Shown here: positions 35,801 through 64,000 of the stretch, piece by piece | Numbering within the stretch: the first letter of the stretch is position 1 | Layout of the letters: every line of letters starts with the position of its first letter | Origin: Callorhinchus milii | Lineage: Eukaryota | Reading direction: 5' to 3' | Length of the DNA: 64,000 nucleotides | NCBI RefSeq assembly: GCF_018977255.1 | Contig: NW_024704743.1 | Location: forward strand, 107,076,001 to 107,140,000 | Translations under genes and position numbers: made by a program | The notes under the pieces: model-generated | The model's input: only the letters and a program-made list of their open reading frames with translations | Database searches by the model: none | What the model was told of the DNA's origin: nothing

Positions 35801-37406
35801 ACTTCCTCCGTTCAGTTGGCTGCGGCCTGCTCTGTCTCCCAAACTTGGGGATCTGTTATGTATCGGGCTAAGTTAGATAATTTTTGTATACTTCAGTAAA
35901 AATAGAATTCATAGACTTGCTTATAAATTAATATAATTTGTATTAGTACAGTGAAGCAGTTAGCTGTAGGTGTGAATATTTTAACCTTTTCCTTTTCTCT
36001 ATGACTAAACAGGACACCCAAATTGCAGACATTCTGGGGTCAGCATCAAATGCAATAACCATTACCCTAATGCCTTCGTACATACAGGAACATATGTTGA
36101 AAAGGTAGGCATTGCCATTTGACAATATTCACCAGAGTTTCATTTATTTGGAACATATTGAACATATTTCTGAAAATGGTTGGATGGTTTAAACATTTTT
36201 TAGCTTTACCAACTCATATTGAAGTATTAAATTAAACCTGACAAATATATTGAATGTAACCTCAATTTATTGGTGATCAATAGTGAAATAATACTGTTAT
36301 TGCAGTGACCATGGTTTATTATTAAGAATAATCAAAAAATCCTTACATTTGGTATAGCGCCTTTCACATTGGGAGGGTGTTCCCAAATTACTTCACATCT
36401 GACTGTCTTGTGCAATGTGAAAATTTTTAATTATAATTCATCTGCTGCTAGCAAACTAGTTCAGACATGGCATGTTATGAGTACAGTGAATTGTGGAGAA
36501 CAGACTTCATTAATTGAATCCTAAGATTGACTCCACAAGCTGATATTTACTGAAGGGAACAGTTGTGTAAAAATGATTCATTTTAGGTCAAAGATGGTCT
36601 GATAATTAGTGTCCAGGTTCAAATGTAAAGAATTATTTGAACAAGTACACAGGGCCTGCCTCTATTTATGGAACTATATCTAAAGCATCAGCCTGGCTCA
36701 ATTGGTCTTCTCTTGAGACAGAAGGTTGTGGGTTCTAGCACCACTTCAGATCTTTTGAGTTTACAGTCTATCCTGATACTGCACTCTGGTGCAGTGCTGT
36801 ATTGTTAAAGGTGTTGTCTTTCAGATTAGACTTTAAAATAGAAATCCCATCTACATGTTCAGGTGGATGTTAAAGATCCCATGGCACTATTCAAAAAAGA
36901 ATTCTTCCTGGTGTCCTGGACAGCAGTCCTCTTGGTAAAATTGGTTGTTTGTCTCTGGGCTGTTTTGAGGGATATTGTTGTGCACAAAATGACTGTTGCA
37001 TTCCCCTACAAATAGTTGTTATCACAGCAAAATCAGGTTAACTGCTTTGAGACATTTTAATGATGTGATAAGATGCTACATCAATTTCAGGATTATTATC
37101 AGAACTGATGAAGGGAGAAATTGAAAGAAAGAATTGGTATGTTTAGTATTGAGATGCTAATGTTTAATTATTAATATAAGCCAAATTTGATTTATAAATT
37201 AAATTCAATGCATTGTATGATATAAGTTTGTTAGTGGTCCCAAACTCACAATATTTATAGTGATCAATCGAAACTGAATACCATTTGCGGTAAATAACAG
37301 CTGATTCAACACGATAGACGAGATGAACTAATTATTTTTCTTATTCTTTAGGATGGCCTCAAGCATTGTTAAGCAGCTTATGGATCGCTCTCTTCCTGAG
37401 GTGTAA
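26763..37406 (+). CDS. SDCBP: Syntenin-1 (syndecan-binding protein), complete CDS, 292 aa
   Basis: join(26763..26813,31863..31935,32644..32744,33036..33194,33745..33920,34395..34566,36013..36104,37352..37406)=879 nt; [26 protein letters not shown], tandem PDZ domains, C-terminus ...LPEV*. Confidence 0.96.
30022..30134. mobile_element. Tc1/mariner-type MITE, 113 bp
   Basis: TA|CAGGGTGACCAAAA ... TTTTGGTCACCCTG|TA: perfect 14-bp TIR, TA duplication, imperfect pairing extending to ~40 bp. Confidence 0.8.
30370..31742 (+). mobile_element. L2 LINE RT to 3' end in an SDCBP intron, with a 62-nt inverted tail insertion at 30763-30824
   Basis: [57 protein letters not shown]. Confidence 0.9.
31863..31935 (+). 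CDS. SDCBP: SDCBP coding exon 2
   Basis: ttttag|[25 protein letters not shown]|gtaaat. Confidence 0.88.
32644..32744 (+). CDS. SDCBP: SDCBP coding exon 3
   Basis: cacag|(D)[17 protein letters not shown]...VVGTSG|gtaagt. Confidence 0.95.
33036..33194 (+). CDS. SDCBP: SDCBP coding exon 4
   Basis: aacag|QTGG...[42 protein letters not shown]|gtgagt. Confidence 0.95.
33745..33920 (+). CDS. SDCBP: SDCBP coding exon 5 (PDZ1)
   Basis: atag|[35 protein letters not shown]...LRD(R)|gtaaga; 176 nt. Confidence 0.96.
34395..34566 (+). CDS. SDCBP: SDCBP coding exon 6 (PDZ2)
   Basis: acag|[25 protein letters not shown]...NGQNVIGLK|gtgaga; 172 nt. Confidence 0.96.
35255..35845 (+). mobile_element. L2 LINE fragments
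   Basis: [12 protein letters not shown], plus similarity to the 30370 copy. Confidence 0.8.
36013..36104 (+). CDS. SDCBP: SDCBP coding exon 7
   Basis: aacag|[30 protein letters not shown](R)|gtaggc; 92 nt. Confidence 0.94.
36688..37098 (+). mobile_element. Old SacSINE1/DeuSINE-type SINE
   Basis: agaaggttgtgggttc head; gtctttcagattagac...caggtggatgttaaagatcccatggcactatt core; L2-like tail. Related degenerate copies at ~21150-21480(+), 53935-54215(-), 59968-60245(-), 60258-60480(+). Confidence 0.75.
37352..37406 (+). CDS. SDCBP: SDCBP last coding exon
   Basis: tttag|[21 protein letters not shown]. Confidence 0.94.
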
Positions 37407-38004
37407 GGTCTCATGATTTGTGAGCTTCAGTGATATATGGTTGTTCATCCTTAGTCTAGTTAAAGCAGCAGTTTAGAGAATACCTGGCTTCCACATCAAG
37501 ACAGTTTTTTAAATAAGTGTAAAAAAGGCAGTTAATCTTTGCTGCATAGGAGTATAATTGCTGTTCTGTATTACACTTAAAGCAATGTACAAAATATTAG
37601 TTCTTATCTACTCAATACTATTTGTTTACAATACATGGTAAAATGGCACATTAACTTTTTCCATTCCTAATCATTTATGTATTTCATCGTTCCGTATACT
37701 TTCAATTGGATTATGTGCAGAATTTGAGTTGAGATTTAGCAGTGTTGAAGGATACTAAATCTAGCAAAATTGTGAATAGTTCTGGTTTCAACTCTTATCT
37801 ATGTCTTTGACTACCTGTTATGCTTTTTTACAATTCACTTTTGAACACAATGCATGTTTTTGACCTGATCATAATTATTTTAATACAATATAACTTTATG
37901 TATCCTAATTTACTAGTTTTCAGTGTACTCACTTCTCTCATTACCTATAATTAATGACCTCTAGGAAGCCTTATGAATGCAAAGCTAATTTTTGACTATT
38001 TGCA

Positions 38005-38010
38005 AATAAA
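38005..38010 (+). terminator. Candidate SDCBP polyadenylation signal
   Basis: First AATAAA I found after the stop, ~600 nt downstream, followed by T-rich sequence. Confidence 0.55.
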
Positions 38011-40584
38011 GCATCTTGAAAAGGATTTAACACTTTCATTGTCTTTACTCATTTTAGACACACTGCATTACTTTCCTTAAGAGCAAGATAACATTTGCAG
38101 ATGATAACCAATGTGGAGGAATTGGGTTAAAATCCAAGATCTTATAGTGAGAGCTCAAACAGGCATAGACATGTAGGTCGGTGGATCGGATGAATGCAAG
38201 GTACTGTATTTAGGAAGCAAAAGTGGACTGATGTAGTTTGTAAGACAGAACATTCCAAATTGTAACTTTCAGATGTAGTTATCTTGTACTATGTTGAAAT
38301 AGTGAGGCAGAAACAAAACAAGGAGCGGAGGTCTTTTATCTGATATGTGAAAAAGAAACTGGGTCAGGGCTCAGACAAGGTGCCACTTATATTAAGCATT
38401 TTGGTTTATCATTTAAAAAAAATGATCTATGGAAAAGCATAAACCATCCAGGAAGGTTTTAAATGAAAAAGTACAATATTTTATTTACCTGCTAACACTC
38501 TCAAAGAATGGAAGCCTTAAATACATAATAAAATGAAACTAAACACAAATTCAATTTAAACATTTGGTACACGTTATGTACACCTAGGGATAAATATTTT
38601 AGAACAATGGAAAGTCTTGCCTTTTACACCATGTTATTATGTTCAGTCTCCAAATCACTACAAAACTTTGGTTTAAGAATGATGCAACGAAAATGTAAAA
38701 ATAACTTTCCATTTATTGGATATTTACCCCTGTTTCTCAAAGTGCTAATAATATACCCACTATGACTTTAAATATCAAATACAAATATTTTGATTTGTTA
38801 TGTAAAATCACTATCATACCAGAGGCTATTGAGGAAATGTTTTCAAGCACTCTGCCTTCCAACTAAAACAGATTTGCATAGCAAAAACAAAGTAGATGAG
38901 GGATAAGCAAAAATACCACATCTTCACCATGAAAAGGACAAATCAGTATGCTTTTCTTGTAAACAGTGGATGCTCATAAAGAAATGTTGACCTAACTAGT
39001 GAGTTTAAATTATTGCCCAATATTGCAATTAATAGGATTGCAAAAGACTGCCCACATTAGTGGGGTGAGCTTCCATTGTACCTTAATGACAACATTCTAA
39101 GTCGGTGGCAATTTGTGTCAAATAGGAAATCAGTTTTGTTCTGCAGCCAAATTTCTAGGAGAAATCAGACTGGCGGTGCAGGACGCTTTCCCCAATCCCT
39201 GCTGGTTTGTTTGCAAACCACCTTACTGGAGATTTTTTTAATAAATAAAAGCCTAAAATATTTCAAGTATTAATGTTGTGGGAAACGTTTAATGTCTATA
39301 AATTACTAAATTAAACTAGATGCACTTTGCATACATATATAGGAGGGAAATGAGATTTTACTAGTCAATATCTAGAGCACAAGTTGAGAATTGCACAACT
39401 GTGATGGCAGATAATGGTCACAAAAAGGCAGGCTGGTTCAACATGCAATATGAAGTTTACACATTCCTTATAACAGCTATTGTACCAAAGAACACTCAAT
39501 GCCATTACAGTATATGAACAATATGATACATTTGTAAATGAATCCCAGTGCACAAAAAACTACATCCACAGTTGAATATGCCAAAAACAGAAAGATGTTA
39601 TAATAATTACATGTAACTGAACCAATTATAGTATTTCCATTGGCCAACAATGATATAGAAAGCTGTTGATAATGAAATTTGCTACTGACATGGCATATTT
39701 TACTTTGCCACATCTTGAAGTACCAACCTCCACCAAAAATTATCTAGACCTTTTGTGAGGAGTAATCCTTTAGATCTTTTGATAACTGTACTTAAAATAC
39801 AAGTAGACACAGATTTTGGTTAGGAACTACTCCAGATGTAGATGTCCAAGATATTTTCTACAGTAAAAGTCAGCCACTAAAAGGCAGTAAGGCACAATCA
39901 TTGAACGAAAACACCGCGATTCATATAAGTTATAAGGCTGAACATTTTATTTCAAGAGTCAATACTTTTCATTAAAATATGTATATATTTCAATAGCTAT
40001 TCAGTTTGATCTGAATGGTCTCCACTCCACATTATTTGAAACCAGAGTCAAACTACAATATTATCTAAGTTGAAAAGGAAAATGGCTTAATGTGGCTGAA
40101 AACACCTTTGTGCTTCCAGCTTTTTATTTTGGAGCTGGCTTGTTTCATACACATGCTTGGTCAAAGAAAACATCATCAATAACTTTTGTAAATGCACATT
40201 GTTATATTGAATGCAGAATAACTGATTCTATAGTAACCAGACTAAAAGGCAAGATATACCCAACTGTACAGAATTTGGTTAAACCCAAGTAAAATTACAC
40301 AAGCATTTCCCCATATTATTTTAAATTTCTATTTCAGAAATACTCAATACTTTGCTTCTCAGCTGTGTAGTTGCACAGCATTGGAGTAAGAAGACCCAAA
40401 TTTGCTTTCCTCCTTGTACATTGTTGCATTAAGCAAAAGGTTCGCATATTTCAGATGGGAGATAGAATAACACATTGTGAGTTCAAAATAAATTGCGTTA
40501 TACAGCTTTAAAACCAGTCTTCACTTCAATTTTTATTCTTTTTAAAAATCACTGTATATTAAAGTGTGATTTCAGAAAAGGCAC

Positions 40585-59964
<19,380 letters not shown>

Positions 59965-61059
59965 CTATATAATAATAATAATCCTTGTATTTGATATAGA
60001 GCCTTATCACGGCATTGAGATGTCTCTAAAAGCACTTCAAGGAATGTACTGTAAAGTGCAGTGTGTGTATTTTTTGGGCGAAACGCAGCAGCCAATTGTG
60101 CACAGCACAGTCCCACAAACAGCCATGGAGTAAGTGACCATTTTTTTTATTTGGAGGATTGTTGCCCAGGATACCGGGAGAGAGAAACCCCCTTCTCTTT
60201 TTGAATAGTGCCGTGGGATCTTTCACATCCACCTGAACAAGCAGGTGTGTGTGTGTCAGCCTGGCTCAGTTGGCAGCTCTCTTGCCTCTGGTTGATCAGG
60301 GCGTGGTGGGTTCAAACCCCATCCAGAACATAGTACTGCGGGCGGGAGGAACGCTGTATCATCCCAGGCTGATGTTCAGGTGAGGTCCCATCTTTAACAT
60401 CCTGGTGAGGTGGATGTTAAAGGTCCAGCGGCCAGTTAGACGAATTTAGACACAGAGAAGGGAGTTTCCCTGTCGGTGTCCCATTCCCGGTTCAGAGAGA
60501 GAGAGGGAGAGAGAGAGAAATTCATTTTCATATATCCATATAAATGTAAATTGTTTCTGGCTACTAAATAGTTTTAGTGGAGAAGCTAATTTAGGAACAT
60601 TGTAAAATTCAAAACACAAAAAGGTACAAGAAAATGGAGTTGGCTCATCAAGTACACTCCTCTAACAGATAGTGCAATTGAACTCAGTTGTGGGCTCTAC
60701 CTCAACCACTATATTTAAGAACAAAGATCTGCAAAGAAACTACCTAATTCCTGGAGGTTATTGTACAAAATGTCAGAACGTTTATTCATTCCCACAACTA
60801 CACTATTCAAACTCAGCTCATTTCCTTCCTCAGCAATAACTTCAACTTCCTCCCTTTGCTATGAAACCACTGTACCCACAGAGTTTTGGCTCATCTCAAT
60901 CAATGCACATTGCATTCAGAGTTTTTATTAAATCATTTGAAAACTTGGTTTACCATGTATGCATGTGAAATATTTTCCCCTCTACTGTCCAGCGTGAATA
61001 TGTAGTTAGTCCAACTGGTGATTATTCTCCTAAGTGGGTAACTTGTTGGAACTGAGTTG

Positions 61060-61550
61060 GCTCAGAGGAGAAGTGTTTGACAATGGAATGTCAGAATTAA
61101 GCCCACTCTCTGTGGCGGCCTCAGTAGTCCAGTTCCTGAGGCAGGAGGATCAGTAGTGCTCCAGGGAACAGCTAATGACAGCACATCCAGGCTGGCGTAT
61201 TGACAGGACATGGAAGTCACTCAGCTCACTAACTCTGCAAGCCAAAGCCCTAATGGGTAGAGTGGCCTTAGCTGGACAAGCACCAGGCAAGCTATGTGGC
61301 GTTTGCTGGTTAGACTCCAGTAGTCGAATCCCCAAACATTGGCTGTTGCCAACCTGCACCTAATATTTTCTGAAATTGGGTGAGCCGAAAGCGTCCCTCC
61401 AGGGAGAGTGCACATTCCCTTCCAATAACACCTCTGGAATTTCCATGTGTAGGTGGGATGCATGGAACTCTGTTTGGTTTGGATACTCTTGGATACTGCA
61501 ATGGTGATGGGTTTCTGCATATGTCAAACACTAGGCTGACCAAAATAAAG
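61060..61550 (+). repeat. Unclassified old interspersed repeat (best copy)
   Basis: Colinear blocks shared with ~165-670(-), 21785-21965(+), 26170-26605(+) and 45690-45920(+). Confidence 0.7.
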
Positions 61551-62019
61551 CATGAATATTTCCAATGCGACTTTCGCAGGGATGTATTTTTCTTAATATT
61601 CTTTTGTAAAGGTACAAAAAGCCTAATAAATCCTTTAAATAGTTACCACTGAATTCCCAAATCACGTTGTGTGAGAAATTCTAGCTCATAAACTGCATTA
61701 CCACAAATTTTACAACATTGCCTTTCACATCGAGAGGATGTTTCAAAGTGATTCACGCAACTGACTGGAAGCTGGGAGGGATGGAGAAAAGATTGGAAGT
61801 CCAGTCAGAAAGTTAGATTTGATCCAATCATGTCTTAGCTCTTCAACCTTCTCTTTCTCTACTTGTCCCTATGCTCAGGCACCTCCCTCAACCACTCCAC
61901 CTCACTCCCTCTATCTTCAATGCTTTGCTGTAAATGACGATTGACTCAAGCTATGCAATAATGAAAAGGAAAAAGGGAAATAAGCAAACATTTGAAGAGC
62001 AATCGTACAACAGGAGAGT

Positions 62020-64000
62020 CCAACGGAGTGAGGTGGGAACAGAGCGAAAAGGTATTGGGTGAGAGTGGAAATTCCTTGTTTATTAACTGAAATTTAAAAT
62101 TTTAACTTAACAATAACAAGTGGCAGTTAACTGGTATTAGGTGTTAATTGCCAGCTGACCAGTTGGAACTTCTTCTGCCGGAAGGTTTATAAAGGGGAGA
62201 ATTGCGAGAGTCGAGCAGAGAGCCCAAGAGAATAAGTGGAAATTAGGTCCTAAGTAACTACAAAATGAACTAATAAAATAAGTAGAAATGACAGCACAGG
62301 CAGTGCGTCGGGAATGCAGTACGTGACAGTTTGTGGACTGTGAGACTGTCCCGTCTGCAGTAAATGTCTCTGGCTTGACACACTCCAGCTCAGAATCATT
62401 GAGCTGGAGTGAGTTAGACACATTCTGACAAATAAGGAAGGGGAAGGAATTTCTGGATAGTTTTATCCAGAACTCAAGTCACACCCCAGAGGAAAGCACA
62501 GGTACAGGAAGGGGAGGGTGTGACAGTCAGTGAGCAGGATAGCGGGAACCCAGGAGAGATAGAGAAAGAGGTCCCGCAGATACTGGTCCTGTCCAACAGG
62601 TACAATGCACTTTATACCTGTGAGCCACAAGGAGAAAGACTGTGGGGAGGAGAGCCACAATGCAGACCAAGGCATCATGGAGCAGAAGGCTGTCCGAAGG
62701 GGGAGGAGCAGAACAGAAATGTAATAATAATAATAATCCTTGCATTTGATATAGCGCTTTTCATGTCTTCTCGACGTCTCAAAGCGCTTCACAAAATATA
62801 CTGTAAAGTGAATTGACTGTATATTTGTGGGCGAAATATGGCAGCCAATTGTGCACAGCAGTGTCCCACAAACAGTCGTGGATTGAAGTGACCAATTTTA
62901 TTATTGTTTTTTTTTCTTGAGGGATTATTATCAGGCATGTGGAGAAAGGAAACTTGCCCAAGGTTTTTCCCTGCTGGGAATCAAACCCAGGTCTCTCGCT
63001 TGCGAGGCGAGTGCTCTAATGCTCTAACCACTGACCTACAGGACTCTTGTAGTAGTGATAGGGGATTCAATAGTTAGGGGCATAGATTGCATCCTTTGTA
63101 GCCACGAACGAGAGTGCTGAGGGTATGTGGCCAACCTGGATAAGGGATATCTCGAGGCGGCTGGAGAGGAATTTGGAAAGGGAGGGGGCAGATCCAGTCG
63201 TCATGATCCATGTTGGGATAAACAACACAGGTAAAAGACTGGATCTCAAGGCTAATAATCTCTGGATTATTACCTGAGTCATGTGCAACATGGAGTAGGG
63301 AGAAACAGATTACGAAAGTTAACACATGACTAAAGGATTGGTGTGGGAAAGAAGGGTTCCATTTCATGGGACACTGGCACCAGGTCTGGGACAGGAAGGG
63401 GGTGTCTTACCAGAAAGGATAAATGGAGCTGTGGCAAAGGCTTTAAGGTAGAAAATGGGGGGAGGGATCAGAATTAAATGACATAAGCCCAAATATAAAG
63501 GAAATGGGAGATGAGAGTATAGGTCAGACAAACAGGAGAACTGGAGACAATAATTCGTAGTGAGGAACCAGATGTATTAGGTATTACTGAAATATGGCTA
63601 CAGAAAAAACAGGTCTGGCACTTAAACATTGCAGGGCATAACATATCTAGAAAGGATAGAGATGGGAAAAAGGGCTGTGGAGTAGTTGTACTTATTAGGG
63701 ATAACATCATGGCAGTAGAAAAAAGGGATATGGCCATCAATAAAATAGAAACATAATCTGTGTGGATAGAGATAAAAGATAAGAAAGGATCGATCAGACA
63801 AATAGGGGTACTCTACAGACCACTTAATAGTAGAAGGGAGATAGAGGAAGAAATAAGCAACCAAATTAGGGAAATGAGTAAAAGACATACGATCATGGGG
63901 GATTTCAACTACCCCAAAATAAATTGTCTAGAAGAGATAGGTATAAGGGATAAGGAAATGGAGTTTCTTCAATGTGTACAGGACTCCTTTCTTACCCAGT
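62020..64000 (+). mobile_element. Decayed CR1 LINE 5' region (ORF1 esterase plus ORF2 endonuclease), runs off the window end
   Basis: ORF1 remnants MTAQAV..EC, VVVIGDSIVRGID and IHVGINN (SGNH/GDSL); ORF2 APE remnants DVLGITEIWL, RKDRDGKKGCGV, YRP, IMGDFNYP; stops and frameshifts. Confidence 0.85.
62722..63046 (-). mobile_element. Young tRNA-derived SINE inserted into CR1 ORF1
   Basis: Full-length copy flanked by TGTA (62720-62723, 63048-63051); removing it restores N-R-N-V-V-V-I-G-D-S. Confidence 0.9.

Overview
Vertebrate genomic DNA. The repeat content (tRNA-derived SINEs with a SacSINE1/DeuSINE-type core, L2 and CR1 LINEs, a Penelope-type fragment) points to a cartilaginous fish, plausibly a holocephalan such as Callorhinchus; this is inference. 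Three spliced genes were rebuilt by hand from GT-AG boundaries and frame continuity. (1) A complete 6-exon CYP7A-like P450 on + (5694-16538, 517 aa). (2) A complete syntenin-1 gene, SDCBP, on + (CpG-island non-coding exon 1 ending 22755, CDS 26763-37406, 292 aa). (3) The 3' 21 coding exons of NSMAF/FAN on - (59910 down to 40585; PH-BEACH-WD40), whose 5' exons lie beyond the window. Most ORFs in the supplied track are spurious or LINE debris. I found no convincing wholly new biological system. The best leads are: a CYP7A-like gene that is inverted relative to the mammalian locus and divergent in its substrate-pocket helix (possible paralogue); a hammerhead-ribozyme core at ~1611-1646; an unclassified old repeat with 5-6 copies; a four-layer nested SINE stack with templated filler DNA; and an apparent one-intron difference in NSMAF. 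All comparisons to human sequences are from memory and need checking.
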